Below, piece by piece: positions 13,962 to 26,464 of a stretch of DNA of 64,000 nucleotides. This DNA is from Adineta vaga (taxonomy: Eukaryota; Animalia; Rotifera). Below the pieces are notes generated by a model. It saw only the letters and a list, made by a program, of their open reading frames with translations, made no database searches and was not told the origin of the DNA. The stretch's first letter is position 1; each line of letters opens with the position of its first letter. Position numbers and translations under genes: made by a program. The stretch covers positions 3,658,001-3,722,000 of the forward strand of contig CP075493.1 of NCBI GenBank assembly GCA_021613535.1, written 5' to 3'.

Positions 13962-14116
13962 CCCAGGATGGACGTTCCGGCCTCCGGATCTAGTAGGAAA
14001 GACGCGGGAAAATCACTGAAACCAACTGGAAAAATTCCTGGGCAGAATACTGCTCCTATGAAATTATCGGAATTGTACGGAACCCGCCGGTTCCAGGACG
14101 TACGAGTCGACCTGGG
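13962..14116. mobile_element. Short non-autonomous DNA transposon (MITE-like) remnant with CCCAGG...CCTGGG termini
   Basis: 155-bp GC-rich island in AT-rich DNA. The left end CCCAGGATGGAC resembles the reverse complement of the right end, CCCAGGTCGAC. There are internal CCGG/GGAA-rich motifs and no clear TSD. Confidence 0.6.
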
Positions 14117-14612
14117 TCTGTATGCAGGGTGAACACTAGCCAATCATCTACATCCACACCAAGACCATCAAAATGTAGAAATTTAGAAGTTGAAGAAGTT
14201 TAATACTCGAATCGAATTCACGATTTCTACACTACTCTCTATGCATATATTGGCAACAATCATCTCGATGATTACCCTTCGCGTTTGACATACACACATC
14301 GATGCATGCAAAATCCAACCTCCGCATTTGCTTTTATTATTGCATATTTGCAGTATTGAAAAAGAACTGCATATACATTCGATCAACATTAGTAGAGATT
14401 TTTCTTCGTTTTGCGTTCTTTGATTTCTTTTTTTTTGATATTTAACGAACACAGCAAGAGAGCGACAGAGGAAAAAATATTGGACTGAAAAAACCTTCTA
14501 TAGCCAAATAATTATCGAACATATAAATATCAACGAATCAGTGGTACCTTTAAAGAATAATACATTACAGAATAGAATTTCGATAATGATAGGTAGACAA
14601 GAACTAATCAAT

Positions 14613-15673
14613 ATGAAAACTTGTTTTATGTTGTTACTGTTAATAACGTTAGTAACAAGTTTCGATTATCGATTTAAACAACGTTCATCAAGACTTCAAC
14701 AACTGAAAGGTTAGTAAAGAGACGTTTTATGCAATTAATTAAAGAAAACTTATGTTTAGATTTGTTGAATGACGATGATAATGAACGAGAATTTGATTTG
14801 AGACATCGAAATCGTAAGTTAACTGATGATTAATGATACTGATATGTAATCGAAGATTTTTTAAGAGTATAGTTTTGACACGATATTTCGTATTCAGATG
14901 TATATTAAATGTAAATAGAATTTACAATCATTTGATATGATTATCAACCAATAAATATGATCGCATAAATAATAATAATAAAAAACAGTGTACGTGTTTC
15001 AAATATAGAATTAATGAATTGATGTTTTTCTTCGGAAATGTTAAAAAAATATCTTATTATATTATTTAGAACAAAATGAAAATGATGAAGAAAGTGATGA
15101 AACTGATTTCGGTACGTACATAAACTTGCTTACCATATGCTTGCTAAAGAAAACTTCAGCTTATATCAATGTAGGCATACACACAAAAAAAAAAGAGATA
15201 GAACATTAACTAACTTCGGTTTACAACGATACTTATGATATGTTTTCGGTTTAGATCGTCGAATTTCTGATAATGATGATGGTGAACAATATATGGAAAT
15301 TCGTGCAACTGTTGGATCCAACGAAACAAATACAGGTAAATAATTCATTTTCTTATGATTGATTTCAATATGTCATGACTCGTTAGGATCAGAGATCACA
15401 CTTCAAAATCGTGCTGCTATGAATACTCGTCTTCGTGTTCTTTATACAGATAAAGACGGTCGTCCAGCAATTGCTGAAACTGGTCGATTATGGACTGGCC
15501 AAACAAAATCTGTCCAACTTCTTGTTGGTGCAACAAATATAAATGTCATCGTTGAGAAAGATTTATTTTTTGAAACATGGCGTGAAGCCTACAAAGGTAC
15601 ATTAACTAATAGCAATCAATGTATACGTATTGTGGGTGTAACACTCTTTTCAAAAATTCATCCATGCAAATAA
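14613..15673 (+). CDS. Secreted prepro-protein with acidic propeptide and C-terminal cholesterol-dependent-cytolysin domain-4-like module (186 aa, 5 exons)
   Basis: Exons 14613-14709, 14760-14813, 15070-15111, 15255-15335 and 15387-15673 are all joined by phase-1 GT-AG introns and are in frame (561 nt). They encode a signal peptide MKTCFMLLLLITLVTS, a D/E-rich pro-region and a mature domain ending IRIVGVTLFSKIHPCK. Confidence 0.75.
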
Positions 15674-15898
15674 ACGATTAAATACAAGAAGAAAACAAGA
15701 CATAACGAAAGAAAGCTGATTATTAATAACATAAGATTTCTCTCTCTTTATATATATATATAAATAGATTTCTTCTGGCTTGGTTGAATAACAAATAAAA
15801 TTGTTAAAAGAAAATATTCAATTACAAATATATATATATATATCTTTACAAAATAAAACAGATAAAAATCAAAAGAGATGTGGCTGAGAGATTTGATT

Positions 15899-18511
15899 TT
15901 ATAAAGCATTCTGATTCTGAGACAGCGAAGCATTCTGAATTGCTGTATGCTAAAATAAAGGATTGGAATCAAAGTAATGAAATTAGGAACAAAAGAATAG
16001 ATAGTACCCAAATATCTAAAATATCAGTCACAGTATGTTGAGTCGGTAATTTAAATAAAAAGTAAACAAAATTTCGAGAGATCGTTTCGAAGAATATATT
16101 TCCATCTATAAAATTACAAATAGGATAAATCATTTGATTTGAAATCCTTTGTTTTCATTACCTGAATTTTCTAATTTAATCGACGTTGTATTTGTTGTTG
16201 ATGATATTAAGGATAGAACTTCAGGTGATTCATTAGGATATTGTATCGTTAATTTTAATTTTAAAGGTGGTACGATAGGCATATTAATTTCAATAAGTCG
16301 ACATACTAATTCATAATCATTCCCTACTAAATCTTTATTTCTCAAAATTGATGGTGTTGGAGAAATTTTATCATGCATAGGTTTTAATTCATATGTGAAT
16401 GTATTCATTGATAAATGAGCAAATTCACTTTCAATAATACGACTTAACGATGTTGAAACATGAAAGTTCGTAGATATAGAATTTTGTTCAATAACTTGTC
16501 TAGATTCTGTATCCAGACGAATATGTCTAAAAATATGAAAAATATAGAAGGAACAAAAATGATAATTCAATCTTAAATCTCTCTTTTTCATTTAGTTTAA
16601 TTTCCTTTTTTTTGTGCATACTTATGTGGTACACCATTTAAAACTTCACTTAATGGTTCGAGAAATCGCTTAGCGATATTGTATTTTAATGTTGAATCTT
16701 TATTTAAATAATCAACAATTGTACGTTGACATTGTTCGAAAACACCATTTGTCATCAAACGAGAATTGTTTATATTTGATGACATAGCTGTTGAGACATC
16801 GCTCATAGAAGGCACCATGGTTGGTCCTAACATTCGATCGACATGTTCTTTGAGACGACGTGCAGCAATTAAATGTTCAGGAACTAAATTTCTCACGAAA
16901 TTAGAAATTTGCTCGTGTAATTGACGATATTTAACTATTTTATCGTGTTGACCTAAGAAGATAGCTGAAAGGTACAAAAGGAAGTTATTTACTTTTAATC
17001 TATACCTTCTTGTTGAAATCGAGCAATAATTCGAGTCAAATATTGAATACGTTCATTGAAAAATTTATAAAGAAAGTGCATTTCATCATCAATAATCACT
17101 GCAGGACTACCCGTATAATCTGAGTATATATGTATATATTCGCATTTGATATATATGAACATAGTTACATTATATCTTACTTATCATATTCATTGGAGAC
17201 ATTTGTGGACGATAAATACTATTTTGTGGAGATTGAGACATCATATAACGTGCCAATGGACTTTGTCCAGATTGTACGATCGATGCTGGTGGTGGTGGTG
17301 GTGGCGGTGGTTGGATCATTCCAGGATGAGAATGCGGAGATGAGATACCACTCGAAGTCATCATCGAATCCGAATTTCTATAGAATGGAAATTATTAAAG
17401 TTAAGAAAAAAGATAGGAGCGTACGGTGCCATTGGACTTGGTTGCTGCTGTGCAATTTGAGAATTTGATATTGGTTGATTACGAACATTTCGATTTATCT
17501 TGAAATATTTTATTTATTTCAATACGTTGTCTCAAATTAATACTTACATTACGAAGTCTTGTTTGTACTACATTTTGTGCAGTATTTTGTGGTTGTTTGG
17601 GTGGATTTGGACTGGAGAGAAGATGTTGAAGAACTGAATAAGATTATATTTAGAGAATTCAAAATAGAATGGCTAAACATTTACTTTCATCTTGAACACC
17701 AGATGACGTCGATGATGATTGCAATAACACTGATGGGTTTGTTGGTTGCTGCAGTTGAGAAGTATTTGGCGAATCTTGTTGTTGTTGTTGATTGAGATTA
17801 CTTTGTTGACGTACTTGTTGAAGTTGCTAGATAATAAAATTACTATTAATTAACTCGCATGAATCTACTTATTATTTCTCAAAAATGTTTTGATCGGTAT
17901 TTCACGACAGAGAAAGTATTGTTCTTTATTGTAGAGAATATTAGATGATAGATATCTTTTATATAAAAATATCTCTGGTGTAAATCGAACCTAACCTGAA
18001 CAAGTGTACGTTGTGGTGGCGGCACTGATATTTGCTGTGGAGGCGGTGGAGCTGATATTGGTTGTTGTTGTTGTTGTTGTTGCTGCAGATATTGAGATGT
18101 TGCAGTTGTCATGGGTTGTTGGTTGCTGCGGTCGCATTTGTAGGACTTGCATTCCAGTCTGTTGTTGTTGTTGTTGTTGTTGCAGCAGCTGCTGCTGCTG
18201 CTGCATGGAAGGTGTAATTAATTCCTGTTTGATTTGTGGTTGTTGCTGTTGCTGTTGTTGTTGTATAGCAAAGTTTTGCATTGTTGATCTCGAATGAATA
18301 TTTGATAATTGAGATTGTGCTTCTTGTTTGATATTCATTATTGATGTTGGTGGAACCATTGCTGTTGATGATTGCATTGTATATGAAGATTGATTTGTTA
18401 AAGGTACTTGTGATTGTAATTGTTGAGATATTGCAGACATTTGTGGTTGTTGAGATTGCATATACACCTGTTGTTGCCCTTGTGGATTCATCATGGTCTG
18501 TTGTAGCTGTA

Positions 18512-18547
<36 letters not shown>

Positions 18548-18892
18548 GCTGCTGTTGCTGTTGCATTTGTTGACTTCTCTGTTGTATCAAGGCTTGAATT
18601 ACGCGACGATAGAGTGCCTAAAATAGATCACTTATAATCTGTAATCAGTACAGTAAAAATAATCAATTTACTGATTTGCCAACACTTCGGTTGAACGCAA
18701 TATCATCAAAGCGCATTGCTAATTCTCGATTTCCACCATAATGGTTTGTTCTAAACAGAAGAAAAATCAATTAGTATTCAAAACATATTTTATTTTAATA
18801 TTTATTTACAATCGTGTAATATAATTTTCACGTTCACTTTCGCTGATCTTTTGTTGATCATCTGATGATCCTGAACCATCAGCGTTCATCAT
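15899..18892 (-). CDS. MED15: Mediator subunit 15 (ARC105)-like, poly-Q, multi-exon
   Basis: Short helical N-terminus and long Q/P-rich middle. The C-terminal region LVCRLIEINMPIVPPLKLKLTIQYPNESP...HTVTDILDIW matches the MED15 C-terminal pattern (LPSVPPLELSVPADYPAQSP...HSVTALLNTW). Confidence 0.8.
18055..18566. repeat. Coding (CAA/CAG)n poly-glutamine tracts within MED15
   Basis: Several (TTG/CTG)n runs on the + strand at about 18061-18085, 18161-18203, 18240-18262 and 18513-18563. Confidence 0.9.
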
Positions 18893-19069
18893 CTTTATCT
18901 GAAAGATACAATATTCAAGTGAATTTCGATTTATTTGTATGAGCATTGACACACCGGTGTAAGGTGTATAAAGAAAAGAACAACAAACAGTAGCACCACC
19001 AACAACTAAGAAACAAAACAGAGGCGAAAAAAGCATAGGAATGATCTGAATTGAACAAAAAATAAGCAT

Positions 19070-21719
19070 CTATGATTGTGTAGAATTGTCTAGACGTTTC
19101 TTCCAAAACCATTTTTGATATTGATTCGAAGATTCGCAAGGTGCCATATAAACATCTTTATCATTTGTTGCAGATATTTCAATACAAAAACCCGATGCAT
19201 GTCGAAGTAAATCATTCTACAAAGAGAAATCTCATTATATTTTCCTTATTCTACAAATAAATGTACTTCATATTTCCACATTTGATTTCCTTGCATTGAA
19301 TGACAAGTAAATGATGTAATTTTACTTGGTTTTCGTAATTCAGCATGTCCACCGGCATAATCTAAACATTTATCTTCTCGACGAATTTCAAATGTTTTTG
19401 ATAATAGAAAATATTGATTGCCACCTTGACCGTGACATGGATAACCAATAACAGCTTTATCACTATCTTCAATCTCTTGAGAATCAATACATACATTCGG
19501 TTTCGCACGACTACGAATCTTTGAAGAACAAAAACAAGAATGAGTTAGATATATTTGAGAGAAAAGAAAAGATTGAAATATACTTCGCCAAAAAATAAAC
19601 TTTCGCCAGGTACAAACTGTTCAGGATAAATATTCTCTAAGAACCATTTGAATGATTTACATTGTAATCGTTCACGAATTTTCAATCGATCAGATACATC
19701 ACCATAATCACCCTAAAAAAGAAAAGTAATTTCTGTTGTCAATCATAATAAACCAAAATTTCTCATAGAAAATACATTGGTATGAATAGGAACTAACGAG
19801 AAAGACTATTTTGTACGTACGAAACTAATCACTATATAAATAGACATACGTAAAACCATCCAATGATTCATTAGTATCATTACTACTACAATAGATATTC
19901 TCTCTTCAAACATTTATTTAATTGAGACTGTCATATTTGTGATACAAACATCAAACAATTATCTCATATGTTATTGACAAATATTCAACGTGAAACTATT
20001 CTAATTAGATAAGAATGTATAATACTTACAAGATTATTAGAAATTCTTTCGTAATAATATTTCTATAGACGAAAAGAAAGAAAGAATATTGAAAATATCT
20101 TAATTTGGTTTACTTTATAATCATCAAGCCAAACTTCAGCAAGACGAACTGTATTCTTTTTCACAACATTGACATTACTTGGCCATTGATAAGGAGAACG
20201 TTTTCGAAAAATATGACCAACATGTGAACATGGTGCACATAAAAGTTCTCCACCACATTGCCAAACCTACATGCAATAAGATTTACGTTTGTTATTGGAA
20301 ACAAGTGAACATATTTTGATTGATTTACTTTAAAAGAAAGCTCAAGATTTTCACCACCCCAAATATCCATTCCAGGATCATACATGCCAAGTTGATCGAA
20401 CCAGTCTCGATCGATAGCAAATAAGCCACCTGCCATTGTTGGACTCCTAAGATCAATAGAAACAATTCGTCTAGAATTATCATTTATTTTCTGAATTTTA
20501 CCGAATGGGATCGGTTTTTTTCTGTCTTCGTTTCATTTCGCGTTCAGGCGTAACGTGCCAATTAAAAATAAGATTCCAATCAAAACCACCCACTTGAATA
20601 TTTTGTATTGGCGTACCGGTTATTTGAAATGTTGAATCATCAATAATTTCAATCAATGGAACGACAGCTACTTTAGGATTTCGTGCAATTGGATCTAATA
20701 AAGGTTCAAGCCATCCTACAAACAAAGATCAAGACGTGAAAATAACTTAAACGAAGATATATTTACCTTCAGCACATTCACAATGTGAATCCAAGAAGAC
20801 TAAAACTTTTCCTTTTGCAGCGACAGCACCTTTCAAACGAGCACGTATAAGACCTTCACGTTTATCCGTACGTAGTAATCGAACTTTTTTCAAGGGTTTA
20901 ATATCGTCTTCAAGCATTTTCTTCAAATGTTCTAATAAAAACGAAAACAAAAAAAAACATCCAATTAGATATTTCATGTTCATTTTACCCACGAACTTAC
21001 CAATATAACAGACCTTTATCAGAAAAATCATCGACCAATATGACTTCATTCAATAGACTAGGTGGTGAACGATCCAATACCGACCAAACAGTTCGTAACA
21101 AGGCTGAACGTGCTTCATTATGAAAGATAATAATCACAGATGTATCTGTTAGATTAGGATGTAAATCAACTTTTTTACATCTAGATAAAAATATTTTGTT
21201 TAAAATAAACATCAAATTTTTGAATAGATATAATTACTCAGGATCTCGTATATCAGGTAAATTTCTTCGTAGTGAAATCATATTACTAACATATTCATTA
21301 AATGCATTATTTTTCCAACCATCATCAAATTTTTTACGTTCCTCTGCCGATAATTTTTCTTTCTCGATGCGAACTGCATTTCCTAATTCACCTGGTCCAC
21401 CCTTTTTCGGATCATTGTGTTCTTTTTGCATTACAGGCGCAACAACTTGTACTTGACCCTGCATTTCTTGTGCTTGTTTTTTTGCTTTATCACGTTCTTC
21501 AGCTGGATGATCATTGTCAGGATGATGTTTAAATGGTAAAACACCGATGATGCGATCAACAAGAGAGGATGCCACAGTTTTATCAACAACATTAATTTGA
21601 ATATCATTTTTTGATTGAGATATTGAATCTGTACGAAAAGTGAATAATATAATAGCACCAAACCATAATGCCGGAATAAATAATATATATTTTAGATATC
21701 CTCGACGACGCATTGCCAT
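19070..21719 (-). CDS. GALNT: Polypeptide N-acetylgalactosaminyltransferase (GT27) with C-terminal ricin-type lectin domain
   Basis: Type II TM anchor; [30 protein letters not shown], DxH motif [29 protein letters not shown]; ricin repeats with CHGQGGNQ. Confidence 0.95.
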
Positions 21720-22552
21720 TACGAAAGATAAAAAATGTGTATCTTTTTTTTTAATAAAAACAAATAGGTTGCTGAAGCACCATCGCGCAAATAAGATTAA
21801 ATTTTCTTTAGTTAATAACACTCTGTTCTGTTCTCTTCCGTAAAGTTGACAATTCCATAGAATGTATTCTATGGATTTAAAATGCATAGATGCATCGATT
21901 GTAACATAGAGATTGCTGATGTATAGTAAGAACTAAGAAGAAAGAGAACAACACGCTGAAGTGAAGTGTTCCGTCTTTTCTAATTCACGAACATACATTT
22001 TTCGTATGCAAAGATGTCATTGCTTTGTACTTTTTCGAAACAAAACGCCACGTGTTTGTTGTCAATGGTTTAGATTTTGTTTGTACAGGGAATGTAAGTT
22101 CGTCATGTAACTATTTTCGACTGAATTCAGTGTTGAGAGAATCAGTAACTATAGATTAAAAATATCTTATAACTGCAGACATTAACATATATACGGTGAA
22201 TCTGAAAATAGCGATGAAACTATTCACTATATGAAAACATAACTTATGAATAGTGAATCTTCCATACTTGATAATCATGTACATCCATTTTTCTATGTTC
22301 TTGCTCGTTCGTATTGAAAGAAATCTTTACATTTCACAACATATTCTTTAATATGAATTAACACTGATTTACTCGATAATTAAAATGTTACATACAAAAA
22401 AGAACTGACATTGACTTTCATTTAAAAAAGAAGACGAACACAGAATTTGGTCATATATAGATATATACAACTATTCACAAATGCTAATTTGTTTTCTTTT
22501 GTCTTGAAATTCATCTCTTCAATATCTGACATAATACTCCTTGATGTTCATT

Positions 22553-23256
22553 TCATTCAATTTGATTGGTTTCATTCTTAATATTATTTGTAGTCAATTG
22601 ATTTTCATTCATCTGTTTTGTATAATGTCGTTTACAATATGATAGTTTCTTTGCTCGTTTCATACATTGATCATAAGTACATAATGGACGCCAATGACCA
22701 ATGCCATCATATTGTTCACGAAAACCACGTTTATTTATACGAATTTCATTTCGAACATGATAAACTGGTTGAGATAAATTTGATACTGGTGTATTAGATG
22801 TATAAAGATACGATGGTGGTGGCATAGGTATTTGAGAGATAGCTTGTAAATGATGATAATGTGGTGCATGAAAAAGAATATTGGATGATAGAATACTGTC
22901 AGAATTTGTCGTTAATGGAAGGGATGATACTGATGGTTGTTGAGACGCTTGAGTTGAAGTTGTTGTTAATAAAGATTTTTGTTTCTGTTCAGTATAATGC
23001 TAAAGAAAGAAACGACTGAATCAACTTTCTATCAAATATCTTTTCTTATATGTCTGTTTCTTTTCTCGCTAGTATGTATTTATAATCTTCAATTCAAAGA
23101 AACGATAAGACTTACTCGTTTACACCAATTGAGTACTTTGGCTCGTTTCATACATCCTTCAATGACGCATAATTTTCGCCAATATTTTTTTCCATCAAAT
23201 CGTTCAAAATAACCCTTTTTATTCCATCGAATTTCATCACGCTGATGAAAAGACAT
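22553..23256 (-). CDS. Protein with two C-x4-C-x9-C-x2-H (WRKY19-like) zinc-finger repeats, 2 exons
   Basis: Repeat 1 is EIRWNKKGYFERFDGKKYWRKLCVIEGCMKRAKVLNWCKR|HY (spliced). Repeat 2 is EIRINKRGFREQYDGIGHWRPLCTYDQCMKRAKKLSYCKRHY. They are separated by an S/P-rich linker. Confidence 0.75.
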
Positions 23257-23450
23257 TCGTTGAAGAAATCTAAAAAGTTGAATAGTATTATTGTATGAAA
23301 TTACTACTTAGAACAATATTGCAATAATGTATCTTAGTCAAATATTCGTAACAAACAAAAGAAAAAAGATTTGAAAAATGAGATCACTATTGCGGGAAAA
23401 AAAATGTTATTAGCAACAAAGAACAGATGAAAGACATTGAGATTTCGTGA

Positions 23451-25118
23451 TTAAACATTTGGATTATAGAATGAATCGACAAGAACTTCAATTTTTTCTT
23501 CATATTCAGTTGGTTCATCTTCGGCATAATGTCCTGAATCAATGTGAGCACTAACTCGACGTGGCGGTTTAGAAAAAGAACCATGTCGACGTTTATAATC
23601 AGCTGCTTGTTCAGCTAAACGATTAGCAATGGAAAATCGTGGAATGCTTAGATGAGAAACTGGAAAAAAACCCGCATTAAATTTTTTCAGAATTTTAAAT
23701 GAAAATATAATTACTTACTATAACCAAGACCTTGTAAGAATAATCGAATAGATTCAGCAAGTTTTGCTGGTTGTTCTTCAAGTGGGGCTCCACCACAATC
23801 AGCAAATTCGACATAAGAAGTTGTAGCTGGATCACAACGATCATTTGTATCGATAACATCATCTTTATGTGGAGATGAAATTCCAGTTACATTCATAACT
23901 GGACATCTGCAAAAGAAAAGATATTCATATAATTCTATTCTTACTATTAATACTAGTTGACATACTGTAAAGTTATTATTATATTTCCTTTTTTATTCAT
24001 ATCACTTGATCGTGACATTGGAATAGCTGTTCGTCTAAATAATTTAAATTAGAACACACGAATCTTTTCTCAGACATAGTTACTTTACTTTAAAAATGTA
24101 TTGAGAAGTTTAATCGCATTTTTAACATTAATGCCGTTTTCTAAATGATCACGAAGTGAATCAACTAAATCAGGCTGTGATGATCGTGTTTCCTAAATTA
24201 AACAATAATGATTCATTTGATAAAATCGATTATACTTACAGAACCCAAATGATACCACATAAGATAATTGATTAATGATTCAGTCCACTGTTGATTTGGA
24301 ATATCTTTTGTTGGCCACTAAAATATCGAATTTCATATAAAGAAATTCTATGAATTTCTCGATAAATATCATACTTTAAGAGAGAAACCTTCAAGCCATC
24401 CAACACCACGTGTAATACAATTCACCAGCATGAGACCATAAAATTTTGCTGGATATTTCAATCCAAAACGAACTAATATGTTTGCACCAAGACCAACACC
24501 AAATCCAACCGCTGCTTTGATACTAAACATATTCATAATCGGATAAATTTACCTGAGTTAGTAATGAAAAAAGCTTTCGTACTTTAAATGATCGAATACA
24601 TCATTGACTGTTTCAGCTAATTGATCCATAGTAGGATAAATAGACCTTCAGTACGACAAAAATGATCATATGAATAGAAAATCAAATGAAATCATACGCA
24701 GTTGGTAATGACTGTCCTTGATCTTCTTGTCCTGGTGCATTAATATGATAGATGGTAAAATGTGCAGTGATCGGCATCATTTCTGGTGTAGAAAAAAAAT
24801 TATGAAATTGTGTTGTTGCTAGAAATAGAAATAAACTTGAATCAATGTTATTAATCAATTACTAGAACATACAATTATATGCAATATCATGATAAGTCAC
24901 AATAACTGGTCGATCGTGTAAACCCTGTTGTGTTACTAGAACATAGCCATATTTTGTTGAAACTTGAATGATCTGTTTGAGAAAAACAATCACATCAGTA
25001 CGATGGTTCTCTATTTAGTAGAAATAACCTTAGGAGTTGTTAATACATCATTGCCATCAATATCATCTCTAAGTAAGCGATCTTTTGAATCAGGGGATGA
25101 GAAATCTGTGTTCGTCAT
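23451..25118 (-). CDS. NDRG: NDRG family protein (alpha/beta-hydrolase fold), multi-exon
   Basis: Motifs VTYHDIAYN, HFTIYHINAPGQED, YPTMDQLAE, GFGVGLGANILVRF, LMWYHLG and ADCGGAPLEEQPAKLAESIRLFLQGLGY. Confidence 0.93.
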
Positions 25119-25419
25119 CTAAAAAGCAAGAGTCATAATGTTCGATGTTTATAATTAGATATAAAGTAAAACACGAGACAAAAACGAGGGTGGATACATC
25201 ATCAAATGAGAAGTTAAAGAAAAGAAAAGAAAGGTGAAAAGGTGAATGTGAGGAAAAAAATATATAGACGCATATACATTGATGATCATCATGAGTAAGA
25301 ATAAAAAATGGACAACGAACAGGATGTGCTTATAGGAAGAAAAATGTTAGTCGATATCTTACGCCATCTTTCGTGTAGAAGAAAAGGACGGAACAATCAT
25401 TCGAAAAGGATAGATGAAG

Positions 25420-25974
25420 TTATAATTCAGTTGTTGAATATGTTGATGATTGAGACTTTTGTTCGTCTGGTAGATTGAAATGAACTTTTGGTTTGGAAGA
25501 TATTGAATTGAGCTGTGATGATTTTTGTTTGGTTTTTAGTTCGATGAGATCATCTTGTTCTAATGAATAGAATGCTTTGTGTTTGTATAACCAAAACCAA
25601 ATGGCAATACCGAGAAGAAAAAGTATAGTTGTTGATAGTAAAAAAATTGGCAAAAAATATCTTTGAAATTCTTCAAATTGTTTATTGATCATTTTACGAT
25701 TATTAACTAATGCTGAACTAATTTCATGTGCTAGAAGATTATCAAAAACGGGAGAATAAGTTGCATCAAAATTCGAATCGGAATCAACTTGAATTTCTGC
25801 CATATCATGATATTGATGATGAGGTGGACAACAGTAACGATACGTATCTGTACCACAACAAATATATTGAATTAAATTTTCAATTGGACACGTAAAACCA
25901 TTGTTCCATGTGCCATTTGTATAGAAAAATCCATTACAAACAGTATTTATTAAATGAGTAGTTGTACTTGCCAT
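25420..25974 (-). CDS. Shisa-like single-pass membrane protein without signal peptide
   Basis: CNGFFYTNGTWNNGFTCP...ICCGTDTYRYCC Shisa cysteine pattern, followed by a TM helix FLPIFLLSTTILFLLGIAIWFWLY. Confidence 0.8.
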   Translation of the reverse strand: MASTTTHLINTVCNGFFYTNGTWNNGFTCPIENLIQYICCGTDTYRYCCPPHHQYHDMAEIQVDSDSNFDATYSPVFDNLLAHEISSALVNNRKMINKQFEEFQRYFLPIFLLSTTILFLLGIAIWFWLYKHKAFYSLEQDDLIELKTKQKSSQLNSISSKPKVHFNLPDEQKSQSSTYSTTEL

Positions 25975-26464
25975 TGTCGGTCGTCATTATTGTTCACTGA
26001 GTGAAACATTGTAAACAATGATCAACATTTTGAAAACATATGATATGAGACATAAAACTTAAGAACATTGCTGAACTGGAAATCTCATCTGTTTAGTTAA
26101 TAATTCTCTCGTATGTCGAATGATAACAATTCCTCTTTGTCTTCCGTTCTGTATGTAAATACAAGTTATATGGTGTATCGATAAAAATCTTTTTTTGTCC
26201 TTCATATTCTGAAGATATAGGAGAAGAAAAAAGAAGAAGACAGAATTTGTCATGGATAATTAACAGTAATACATTGTAATACGAAAGAGAAGATGACTTC
26301 GATTAGTTACATTTATTAATAATGTCGTAGATGATTATCTTGCAAAATAGAAAACATCATGCGCAAGTCTATGTTTACTTAATAGCATACCCAATATACT
26401 ATGAATAATCAACTTATTTTATCATTTACATGAACTAAAACAATGGTATAAGTCAATTTATTTT

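Noticed and set aside
13877-14143. 88-aa minus-strand ORF
   Set aside because: It runs through the GC-rich MITE-like element and has no protein-like features or splice support.
18004-18637. Plus-strand poly-Cys and poly-Val ORFs
   Set aside because: They are antisense shadows of the MED15 (CAA/CAG)n poly-Q tracts.
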